A stretch of DNA of 64,000 bases from Ktedonobacteria bacterium (GTDB lineage: Bacteria; Chloroflexota; Ktedonobacteria; Ktedonobacterales; JACDGC01): positions 45,785-109,784 of the forward strand of contig DAIDIC010000198.1 of the NCBI GenBank assembly GCA_027459525.1, in the 5' to 3' direction. The notes beneath the pieces were generated by a model. It saw nothing but the letters and a program-made list of their open reading frames with translations, did not search any database and had not been told where the DNA came from. This document shows positions 8,711-17,581 of this stretch, piece after piece. The position numbers were made by a program, and so were the translations under genes. Positions within the stretch are counted from its first letter, which is position 1. Every line of letters begins with the position of its first letter.

Positions 8711-11224
8711 GTGTCAAACAATAATTTTTCACAAAAACTGCCCCTGCACGACAGTGTAAACACTGTTTTGCAAGAAGCGCGACAATTTGCTCTCAAATAT
8801 CATCACGCCTTGATAGATTCTGAACATTTGTTGCTGGGTATTATTGCCGCGCAAAACCCGCTTATTTCGGCGGCGCTGCAGTCTGTAAAAACATCCGCAC
8901 GCAAATTGCGCAGCGCAGTTCTGTTTGTTATTACACATGATTCCTGCACAGTTGATCCGCAAATAGGCAATGAAGTTGAAAGAATATTGGATCGCGCAAA
9001 TTATGAGGCGATAGAGATGATGGCGCGGGAAATTAAAATTGAACATGTTTTTTTAGGAATGTTGCAAGAAGAGGAAACCATTGCATATGCTATTTTACAT
9101 GAGTTGCATATTACTTATGACAACATATTTCCAGAATTAGTAAAATTAAGCAAAATGAATTCATCGGCGATTGTAACATTAAAAGAATCCACAAACCGCT
9201 TTCAGCTGACACCAACATTAAATATGGTAAGCAGAGACCTTTCTGCCGAAGCGCAAGCCGGCAGGCTGGAACCGCTTATTGGCAGGGAATATGAACTGGA
9301 ACGGGTAATGCAAACCTTAACACGAAGATCAAAAAATAATCCAGTGCTCATCGGCGAAGCCGGCGTTGGTAAAACCGCCATTGCCGAAGGACTGGCGCAG
9401 CGCATTGCAGATGGAAACGCGCCGCCCGAATTGCTGCGCCAACGTGTTGTATCGCTGGATACGGGGCTGCTAACCATTGGCACCAAATTCCGCGGCGACT
9501 TTGAGGAACGGCTGAAAAGTCTTGTTGCTGAAATTATCAAAGTTCATAATTTAATTATCGTGGTAGATGAACTGCATACCCTCATCGGTTCCGGTGTGGC
9601 AGAAGGCTCCATAGACGCGGCAAATTTACTTAAACCGATACTTGCCCGCGGTGAATTTCGCTGCTTTGGCGCAACAACTTTGGACGATTATCGCAAAACA
9701 ATCGAAAAAGATCCTGCGCTGGAACGCCGCTTCCAACCAATCTTCATCCGGCCAAGCACACCAGAAGAAACAAAATCTATTTTATTTGGGCTGCGCCCGC
9801 GTTATGAAGCTTTCCATCGTGTCGCTATTTCCGATGAGGCTATTGAAGCGGCTGTAAAATTGGCAGATCGCTATGTGCATGTGCGGCAGTTCCCCGATAA
9901 AGCGATCGATTTAATTGATGAAGCCGCTGCGCGTTCACGAGTGCAACGCTCCGTTATTCCCGCGGAAGCCCTAGCCCTATCAGATTCTTTGGATTTAGTG
10001 CGCTGTGATAAAAATATGGCAATTGAAAAAGGTGAGTTTGCCATAGCCACAGCGCTTTGGAAAAAAGAAAAGGCTATTCGCCGGCAAATTTACGCAGCGG
10101 ATTCAGAATGGCGAACACAACGCGCCGGCAACAGTTTTGCAGAATTGAAAGCGACAGATGTCGCCGAAATCGTATCCAGCCGAACTGGAGTCCCAGCCAT
10201 TGCTGCAACAGAACAAGAAGCTGAACGGTTGTTACGCTTAGAAGAATTACTGCATGCGCACATTGTTGGGCAGCAAAAAGCGGTTTCAGCAACCGCACAG
10301 GCTATTCGACGCTCACGCGCCGATATCCGAGATCGGCGGCGGCCTATCGGCTCATTTATTTTTGCCGGGCCAACCGGGGTTGGAAAAACCGCATTAGCTA
10401 AAGCGCTGGCAAAAGCGTTTTTTAACGATGAACAAGCAATTGTTACTATCGATATGTCTGAATTTACTGAATCACATTATGCCGCCCGCTTAGTTGGCTC
10501 TCCGCCGGGATATGTCGGATACGATCAGGCCGGGCAGTTGACGGAAGCTGTAAAACGGCGGCCATACACTATTGTGCTGCTGGACGAAATTGAAAAAGCG
10601 CATCCGCGGATTTATGATTTATTGCTGCAAGTTTTAGAAGATGGCTGTTTAAGCGACGCTAAAGGGCAACAAACAGATTTCAGCAACACGATTATTATTA
10701 TGACAACAAATATCGGCGCACAGTTAAAACCGTTTTCTGGCGGTTTTATTGAATCAGAGGAAAATCGAACCCATAACGGCAAAGAAACCGCTGCCCAAAA
10801 ACGGCTGAAACGCGAACTGGCGCAAACATTTAAGCCGGAGTTTCTGAACCGCATTGATAGTATTATTGTGTTCGATCAACTTACCCGACAAGATATGCGC
10901 CAACTGTGCGATATTGCCTTAGAGCCGCTGATACAGCGCATGCGCGATCGCCTGTATGATCTGCAGATTGACGCCGCCGCGCGTGAAGAGCTGGCCCGGC
11001 AGGGATATAGCAGTGAATATGGCGCGCGGCCGCTGTTGCGAATGATTCAAAGCAGCATTGAGGATGTTTTAGCGGAAAAAATTCTCCGCAATGAACTGCA
11101 GCCCGGGGGAGGCATATCAATAAGCGCCATTGACGGCAAATTTATCTTCACAATCTCTCCAAAACATGCAAAGCAAATCACCGTTGCGGCTGAGTCGGCT
11201 CCGGCAAATTTGCGGAAAGAATAG
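8711..11224 (+). CDS. clpC: ClpC-type AAA+ chaperone / Clp protease ATP-binding subunit
   Basis: Two Clp_N repeats (SEHLLLGII; IEHVFLGML), two Walker A motifs ([15 protein letters not shown]; [15 protein letters not shown]) and a short middle domain (ClpC-like rather than ClpB-like). GTG start with GGAGGAAAGAGC upstream. Confidence 0.85.
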   Translation: MSNNNFSQKLPLHDSVNTVLQEARQFALKYHHALIDSEHLLLGIIAAQNPLISAALQSVKTSARKLRSAVLFVITHDSCTVDPQIGNEVERILDRANYEAIEMMAREIKIEHVFLGMLQEEETIAYAILHELHITYDNIFPELVKLSKMNSSAIVTLKESTNRFQLTPTLNMVSRDLSAEAQAGRLEPLIGREYELERVMQTLTRRSKNNPVLIGEAGVGKTAIAEGLAQRIADGNAPPELLRQRVVSLDTGLLTIGTKFRGDFEERLKSLVAEIIKVHNLIIVVDELHTLIGSGVAEGSIDAANLLKPILARGEFRCFGATTLDDYRKTIEKDPALERRFQPIFIRPSTPEETKSILFGLRPRYEAFHRVAISDEAIEAAVKLADRYVHVRQFPDKAIDLIDEAAARSRVQRSVIPAEALALSDSLDLVRCDKNMAIEKGEFAIATALWKKEKAIRRQIYAADSEWRTQRAGNSFAELKATDVAEIVSSRTGVPAIAATEQEAERLLRLEELLHAHIVGQQKAVSATAQAIRRSRADIRDRRRPIGSFIFAGPTGVGKTALAKALAKAFFNDEQAIVTIDMSEFTESHYAARLVGSPPGYVGYDQAGQLTEAVKRRPYTIVLLDEIEKAHPRIYDLLLQVLEDGCLSDAKGQQTDFSNTIIIMTTNIGAQLKPFSGGFIESEENRTHNGKETAAQKRLKRELAQTFKPEFLNRIDSIIVFDQLTRQDMRQLCDIALEPLIQRMRDRLYDLQIDAAAREELARQGYSSEYGARPLLRMIQSSIEDVLAEKILRNELQPGGGISISAIDGKFIFTISPKHAKQITVAAESAPANLRKE

Positions 11225-11738
11225 CAATAACAGTTTCCGCAGCGGCGTCGGATTCTGTCTCGCCATCGCCTATATATTCATTTGGCGCGGCGCGCATTTT
11301 AGCGACACAACGATGTCGCAGCAACGGCGCCGGCGCATGTTTATCGGGCGCCGGCGAGACAGGAGCAATGCCAGCGGCCCAGCCTTGCCGACGATAATCG
11401 CGGGGATTTTCCTGCGCTGAAGCAGCGTTTTCAAATGAAGAAACTTCATAGCCCCGCACGCGCATCCACATTTTTAGCTGACCCACCGTGGGAATCCACA
11501 ACGTATCAGCCTTGGCCACACGCGCCGGTGGCCATTTCTTTGCTATATCTGACAAGGTTACCCACCCAACAGCGTCATCAGCGTCTGTTACCAACGCAAA
11601 TCCGGCTGAGTCTAAACCAAGATACGACGCGCCAATTGGCGCAGTCCAGTCACCCGGCTGCGCCTGCCAAATTATACCGGCGGTTTTCAGCCGGCGCGCC
11701 ATAACAATGCTTACAAAATCATCTTGCATAATTGACAC
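11178..11738 (-). CDS. Hypothetical protein (186 aa)
   Basis: Longest ORF in this interval with plausible composition, but no family recognised. Its 3' end overlaps the clpC 3' end by 47 nt (convergent). Confidence 0.4.
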   Translation of the reverse strand: MSIMQDDFVSIVMARRLKTAGIIWQAQPGDWTAPIGASYLGLDSAGFALVTDADDAVGWVTLSDIAKKWPPARVAKADTLWIPTVGQLKMWMRVRGYEVSSFENAASAQENPRDYRRQGWAAGIAPVSPAPDKHAPAPLLRHRCVAKMRAAPNEYIGDGETESDAAAETVIAILSANLPEPTQPQR

Positions 11739-11862
11739 CCCGTATAGGCTAAAGACAACACCACTCGCATTTTACCGCATGCCCTGCCGCAGCGATTTTC
11801 TATAACATCCCATGAATAATAGTAATCTATATGATGCCGCACGTTAACAATACAAATCAGCC

Positions 11863-14800
11863 TTATCCCTGACTCGTATTGATATTTGCTCCTAACATAG
11901 CGTTGCTGTGCTCACTGGGAACGCAGACAATGGAGTTATGGATTGCAATAACCTCGAATTGCTGCGAATAGAATAATTGTTTTGTTTCCGCCGTCATATC
12001 CCAACTTTCCTGTTCGAGAGATTTAAACACAATAAATGGCCGTACATGTTGTAATAGCTGTGTCAAAAACGCTAAACCGCCCGGCATTTGTGAATCATGC
12101 GGTAAAACTACCAGCGCAACGGCGCGGATATCCTTCAGCATAAAGGTAAGTTGAAACAGATTGCTCAAATTTCCAACATGATACACATAGGGTTCGTTTA
12201 CTGCAAATTTTGGCGGCTGTTTATAGAAAAATTCGCCAAATTCCAAATCGGGATACCCCTCAAAAACAACCATCTTTTCCAGTAACTGCAACGATTGGAT
12301 GTTTGCGCGAATAATCGATGCGTTGAATATGTGCGGCTCAAATAAAATCGCTTTATCAATGCGCGCGGTTTGCGTCAACATATGTATAGAATATGCGCCG
12401 GCTCCGGCATCAACATCTATCATAACACTATGCTCCGGCAATATTTGCGCAATGACGCTCAAAGCAGGCGCATCTTTGTGAAAAGCGCGCAGATGTCCGG
12501 CAAAAATTTTATTTGCCAAAATCTGTTTTTCGTTTTGCAGCAAAAATGCAGTCGTTTCCGGTTGAGTCAGAATAACAGCCCTGCCAAAGAAATCTTTATA
12601 TATGTGTATATTTTGAACTGATTCAAGCTGCAGCGCGCCAACATATAAATCTTGCTGCAATTGATCTATAAAAATAAATGTTGTAGTTTTGCCAAGTCCG
12701 GCCTGAATAGATTTAAATAACATGGTTAAGTAAGGTGTGTCATCAGAGTTGAAGTGCAGCCACACCGAAGTCTGCTCATCTGCCGTGTTATTTTCAATAA
12801 TCTGAAATTCGTGGTTATTGCTGACAGAAATACTGTATGGCATAGCAGAATCAATAGATAACGCCGCAAAAACGTCTGCGACAATAAGTTTTCGATGCGT
12901 GGCGTTTTGCAGATAATCTGACAGCTTTTTTATCACCTTGACAGACTCCTGCGGAGCCACAGTGTGCGAGAGATCATCAATATTCTGGGGTAAAGATTGA
13001 TAGATGCGCCCGATTATTTCAATTATCATATCTTGCATATATTCTATACCATGCAACGACGCCTTTACTGAATAGATATGATCTCCATAATCGGTATCTA
13101 ATTGGCTTAATTTTTCTTTTATTGCGTCAATATGGTTGCCATAATCTTGCAGCATAGTATTTAAAGTGTTTTTAAGCGCAACAATATGGTTGCCATAATC
13201 GGTGTCTACTTGGCTTAATTTTTCCTTTATCGCAACAATATGGTCGGATAATTCGTTAACACGATTTTGCAGCGCTTGTGTTTCTTGCAAAAATAATTTG
13301 CGTTGCGGCGGTGTTTGCCTATCATTGCCGGCAAATTCCGGCGTATGTTGCTGTGCCTGCATTAACTTTCTAGTAATCTCATTATACATGGGCTGGCTGC
13401 TGTAATTATATAGCATTTGTTCTTGCAAGTTGCTTAGTTTCGCTTCCAGTTCGGCAACTCTGCCAGTCATTTGACGATATTCATTCAGTGAAATAACATT
13501 AATTGCCGCCTGTTGTTCACTCATCCGTCCAAGAGAAAATACGCGCACAGCAATGCGAAGCAGTGTGCCGATGCCTTTTTGTTTTTTAAAAGGTATCCGT
13601 TGATCACGTGTTCGTGTCCAATCCCATTTATGCAGCAAATCTTGATGAAATTGCGCAAACTCCGATGTATCTGCCGATGTTTGGCTGGGTGAAGGCAAAC
13701 CGGGTTTCGCGTCAATTTCATTTAACCGGTTGATAATAACTTTAGCGGCGGCCGACGCGCTATATTGCCTGCGGATATCTTTTGCCGCAATTTCGCCTTT
13801 TTGCTGCGCTTCTTCCGGATGTTCAAACACATGGCGCATTAACCGCGCGGCGTGTTCAATATTTGGCTCGGCCCAAACAAATCCCGGCTGATATACTTTC
13901 GCGCAATCGGGATGGTAATGATGCTCTTCCAACGTAATTGTGCGGATCTCAAAATCTACCGGATAGGAATTTTCCAGCGTCATATAGTCGGTGTTGCCGG
14001 AATACGCGGTTGCGATAACCGGCTTGCCAAGGTACATAGCCTCTGCCATACCCAAACCAAAACCTTCTGCTCGGTGCAGAGAAACATAGGCGTCGCAGCA
14101 AGCAAGCAAATCATTCATCTGTCTTCGTGTCAGATACGATTCAATAAGCATTCCCCCTACATTTTCCACCGCAGTTTTCAGCGCTTTCCCAAGAATTGGA
14201 TAATTTTCCAAGTTCTGAGATTTGATGATCAGCAGCGGTTTCTCTCCGGGATAGTTCCAGAACGCTTTTTGAAAAGCTTGCACTACACCCAAAGGATTTT
14301 TACGTGATTCACAGGAATTTGCGTCAAATGTAAACAGAAAAATAAACACATTTGGGGGCAGATGAAGTTCTGCTCTATTCGGAGCTTCCGACGCTTCTAT
14401 CAAAATTGGCATTGGAATAACAGTAACAGGCGCTTGTGCGTATGCTTCTAAATTTTGCTTGATAAACGTGGAATTAACCCATATTTCACTCACTCGATGA
14501 ATATGGTCTTTAAAAATATCAGCGACCTTTTCCAATTCCCACGCCCAAAACGCAATAGTATATTTATCTTCAGTCAGCTTAGTAAGCTCGGCGTCATTAA
14601 TCCACGGCATATCATTAATATTGTTTAAAAAAAGATTTATTGGATATGCGGAAGCGCGCGGCAGACCAACAAAACGCGCCGGCAGCGGCTTTTGAGGGTT
14701 CGCGCCGTAATAAATTTTTTCCCGATAGGAAACCGGAATATTTTCCCCTAAAAGCACATCAAATAAACGCGCCGCCGCCGTTACCAAACCAGTTTCGGAA

Positions 14801-16095
14801 CGCAAATCGCCAATAACATTCAGGCCGGAAACATATGTAAAAGGATTCCAATAAACAAGCTCTTTCTTGACATCAACTTGCTCCATCGATAATGTGTCTT
14901 GCACAATATGAATCAGTTTTTGTCCTATAAGATCCCATGAGGCGTTTTGTTGCATAAATTCACGCGCTTTTTCACCCGATGATTTTACAAGTGATGGATT
15001 TTCAGAAGCTTTTAAAAGATATTGAGTCAACTGCTGTGTTTCATGTGATGTATTGACTTCTATCCGCCAGCAATACGCGCTATCATATTCTCTAAACTGC
15101 GGAAGGTCGGAGGTAATAACCACCTTACCGGAGCCAAACGCCCGCAGCATCACCCCGGAAGTTTCCCCTGAAGTAGGCCAGCGCAAATTAACCACCAAGT
15201 CAACACTTTGCACATATTCCAGAAAAGAGTTCATATCTAAATTAGGAATAGAGATGACAACGTTGGTTAATCCCAAGGTTTTGATTTGTTTTTTAAGGTT
15301 TTGCACATATTCCTGCTCTTCTTCAAATCCAACAATCAGCAGGCGCGCATTGGGATTTTTCTTATAAAGCGTATGAAATGCATTGAGAATAATATGTATG
15401 CGTTTTGTATGGTTTACGCGGCCGAAAGCGCCAATAAGCAAATGATTATCAGAAAAATTGAATTTTTTTCGCAACTGCGCCGCAGCTTTTGAAGAAAACA
15501 CATCAGCGCCATGAAATATGTTATACAGCCGCGTATTAGGATACGCCTTAGCGTAAAACTCCTTGCTCCATTGGCTATGCACAACAACCGATAAACTGCT
15601 GTCAAAAACTCGTTTGGTAAGATGATAGGTTAACCTATCGGCGCGCTTATGCTGCTGCAACAATTTTTGCAGATTCTGTGCGGCCTGTTCTCCATGATTA
15701 TAGCGAACTTCGCTGAACAGTTTTGCGAGATCTTTCTGCCAAAGATAGCTATGAAAGTCATACAGCGACATATCATGCTGCAAAACAATTCCCGGATGGC
15801 TTAATGCGCGATCATAAATATATTTATGAAAAAAGGGATTATTCCCCATATTATATATATTGATATCAAATGGCGCTGTTTCGTTGCGTTCCTCATAATA
15901 ATCTTCGCTCCACACCAGCGAACCAATATGAGGAAACGCAGGAGGAAGAACAGCTTTATCAGTAAATATTTCTAAATCGCAATATTTAGCCAAAGCGGCA
16001 ATCAAATCTGTGCTATAGTCAGATATTCCGCTTTCCAAAGGCGGAAAAGGTGACCAATATGCAATACGATAGCTATTATTTTTCATAATGCGCAT
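11863..16095 (-). CDS. 1410-aa multidomain glycan-synthesis protein: two GT-B (GT4-like) glycosyltransferase modules, a coiled-coil/repeat region, and a C-terminal FkbM-type methyltransferase-like domain
   Basis: The N-terminal module begins YRIAYWSPFPPLESGISDYS. The second module contains SLHRAEGFGLGMAEAMYLGKPVIATAYSGNTDY (EX7E-like GT4 core). Residues ~870-1010 are heptad-rich with 18-19-aa DYGNHI repeats. The C-terminus has VMIDVDAGAGAYSIHM...ILFEPHIFN, resembling FkbM-family motif I. Confidence 0.75.
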   Translation of the reverse strand: MRIMKNNSYRIAYWSPFPPLESGISDYSTDLIAALAKYCDLEIFTDKAVLPPAFPHIGSLVWSEDYYEERNETAPFDINIYNMGNNPFFHKYIYDRALSHPGIVLQHDMSLYDFHSYLWQKDLAKLFSEVRYNHGEQAAQNLQKLLQQHKRADRLTYHLTKRVFDSSLSVVVHSQWSKEFYAKAYPNTRLYNIFHGADVFSSKAAAQLRKKFNFSDNHLLIGAFGRVNHTKRIHIILNAFHTLYKKNPNARLLIVGFEEEQEYVQNLKKQIKTLGLTNVVISIPNLDMNSFLEYVQSVDLVVNLRWPTSGETSGVMLRAFGSGKVVITSDLPQFREYDSAYCWRIEVNTSHETQQLTQYLLKASENPSLVKSSGEKAREFMQQNASWDLIGQKLIHIVQDTLSMEQVDVKKELVYWNPFTYVSGLNVIGDLRSETGLVTAAARLFDVLLGENIPVSYREKIYYGANPQKPLPARFVGLPRASAYPINLFLNNINDMPWINDAELTKLTEDKYTIAFWAWELEKVADIFKDHIHRVSEIWVNSTFIKQNLEAYAQAPVTVIPMPILIEASEAPNRAELHLPPNVFIFLFTFDANSCESRKNPLGVVQAFQKAFWNYPGEKPLLIIKSQNLENYPILGKALKTAVENVGGMLIESYLTRRQMNDLLACCDAYVSLHRAEGFGLGMAEAMYLGKPVIATAYSGNTDYMTLENSYPVDFEIRTITLEEHHYHPDCAKVYQPGFVWAEPNIEHAARLMRHVFEHPEEAQQKGEIAAKDIRRQYSASAAAKVIINRLNEIDAKPGLPSPSQTSADTSEFAQFHQDLLHKWDWTRTRDQRIPFKKQKGIGTLLRIAVRVFSLGRMSEQQAAINVISLNEYRQMTGRVAELEAKLSNLQEQMLYNYSSQPMYNEITRKLMQAQQHTPEFAGNDRQTPPQRKLFLQETQALQNRVNELSDHIVAIKEKLSQVDTDYGNHIVALKNTLNTMLQDYGNHIDAIKEKLSQLDTDYGDHIYSVKASLHGIEYMQDMIIEIIGRIYQSLPQNIDDLSHTVAPQESVKVIKKLSDYLQNATHRKLIVADVFAALSIDSAMPYSISVSNNHEFQIIENNTADEQTSVWLHFNSDDTPYLTMLFKSIQAGLGKTTTFIFIDQLQQDLYVGALQLESVQNIHIYKDFFGRAVILTQPETTAFLLQNEKQILANKIFAGHLRAFHKDAPALSVIAQILPEHSVMIDVDAGAGAYSIHMLTQTARIDKAILFEPHIFNASIIRANIQSLQLLEKMVVFEGYPDLEFGEFFYKQPPKFAVNEPYVYHVGNLSNLFQLTFMLKDIRAVALVVLPHDSQMPGGLAFLTQLLQHVRPFIVFKSLEQESWDMTAETKQLFYSQQFEVIAIHNSIVCVPSEHSNAMLGANINTSQG
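13042..13248 (-). repeat. In-frame array of four 18-19-aa repeats, (D/N)HI-x-(A/S)-x-K-x-x-L-x5-DYG, within the coiled-coil region
   Basis: Protein: SDHIVAIKEKLSQVDTDYG / NHIVALKNTLNTMLQDYG / NHIDAIKEKLSQLDTDYG / DHIYSVKASLHGIEY. DNA repeats are visible (ATATGGTTGCCATAATC x2, GGCTTAATTTTT x2). Confidence 0.8.
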
Positions 16096-16108
16096 CCTCG
16101 GTTATCGT

Positions 16109-17563
16109 TTAATCGTCAAACTGATGAATCTGTATAAAATGAGACAAAATTTCCTGCAATCCTGCCATTTCCTGATAGGTATATCTATCTACTTCCCGCT
16201 GCCGTACATCAATTTTTCTGGAAAGCAGCAGCCGCACTATCCCTTTAACAAATCTTCCGGCAAGCGGCAGTTTGCTGAAGGCAAATGTATCTTGCCGCCA
16301 TTGCAGATATTCCAGCTGTTCAATAACATCTTTTTGTTTGGTTTGAATGTGCTCCAGCCCAAGCAGAGCGTTTCTTATAATCGCTTCTTTATTGCGATAA
16401 ATTTGCTTATTAAAAGCGCCGGCGCCAACAAGCTGTTGAATAGCTTGCAGCCGCTCGCCAATAACAGCGCTTACTGCTTCTAATGACAAATTTTTTCGGA
16501 TATCGGCTTGCGCATTTTGGGCTTTTTTTATGCGATCGTTGGCGTCATAAAAAACACGTTTCATTAACTCAACTGCGTGATCGACGCTGGGTTCTGCCCA
16601 CAAACTGCCCGGCGTATAGATATTGCGCAAATGCGGCTCGTCTTCAAAATCGCTGCTTTTAATAGTTTTCAAAGAATAATCGACAAGGTAACTGTTAGCG
16701 TTATTCATAAAATCTATATTTCCCGAATAACCAGTGCCTATAACCGGTTTTCCCAAATACATGGCTTCGGCAAGGCCAAGACCAAACCCTTCCGCGCGAT
16801 GTAAAGAAACATAGCAATCAATACTATTCAGCAGTCCCAGCATTTCATTACGTGATAAGGTATCTTCAATTAAAATACCTTTTAGCCGGCGCATTTCTAA
16901 TATTAATTTTTGCCGAGTTTCGGGATGGTGGCTAAGCTGATTCACTTTCAGCGCTAATAGCGGCCGTATCGGTTCATGCAAGGGAAACGCTTCCTCATAT
17001 GCCTTCATTATGGCCCAAGGATTTTTTCGGGTTACACTGGAAGCGGCGTCAAAAGAAAAGAAAAAGATAAAGGCGTTTTCCGGCAGCCGAAAATATTTTC
17101 GGTTATATATAGTATCGGTTTGAAACTCTATTACATGCGGCACAACCGTAATAGGAGCTTGGGTTACTGTAGCAAACGCTTCTTTAGCAAAAGCGCTGGG
17201 TGTCCAAATTTCATCAAAATATTCGAAATTTGTGTGATATTGGTCGGGGATAACAGGCAGCTCCCATACCCAATTTGCAATAGCGTATTTGTTTTTTGCC
17301 GCAATTTTTAGTTTTTCCGAGGCTTGAAGCTGAGAAAATTCATGCATATTCAACCCAGTCAAATTGATGGGATACAACAATCCCTGTTCTAATGGATGCA
17401 TTTCAGTTTCTTTAATTTTCAACGCATAGGGATGGTGAACAGGATAATAGCTCAGGGGAATATCTCTATACTTCATTGCGTCAATCATACCGCGCAGCGC
17501 AATACCCAAACCCGCATTTAAATATAAATCTCCGATAATATTAACCCCGGTAATTTTATCCAT
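16109..17563 (-). CDS. GT-B (GT4-like) glycosyltransferase with a C-terminal coiled-coil tail; paralogue of module 2 of the 1410-aa protein
   Basis: SLHRAEGFGLGLAEAMYLGKPVIGTGYSGNIDFMNNANSYLVDY...WAEPSVDHAVELMKRVF is collinear with residues ~410-780 of the downstream protein. There is a 13-nt gap to the next gene. Confidence 0.8.
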   Translation of the reverse strand: MDKITGVNIIGDLYLNAGLGIALRGMIDAMKYRDIPLSYYPVHHPYALKIKETEMHPLEQGLLYPINLTGLNMHEFSQLQASEKLKIAAKNKYAIANWVWELPVIPDQYHTNFEYFDEIWTPSAFAKEAFATVTQAPITVVPHVIEFQTDTIYNRKYFRLPENAFIFFFSFDAASSVTRKNPWAIMKAYEEAFPLHEPIRPLLALKVNQLSHHPETRQKLILEMRRLKGILIEDTLSRNEMLGLLNSIDCYVSLHRAEGFGLGLAEAMYLGKPVIGTGYSGNIDFMNNANSYLVDYSLKTIKSSDFEDEPHLRNIYTPGSLWAEPSVDHAVELMKRVFYDANDRIKKAQNAQADIRKNLSLEAVSAVIGERLQAIQQLVGAGAFNKQIYRNKEAIIRNALLGLEHIQTKQKDVIEQLEYLQWRQDTFAFSKLPLAGRFVKGIVRLLLSRKIDVRQREVDRYTYQEMAGLQEILSHFIQIHQFDD

Positions 17564-17581
17564 TGATAAACTTTTCCATCC

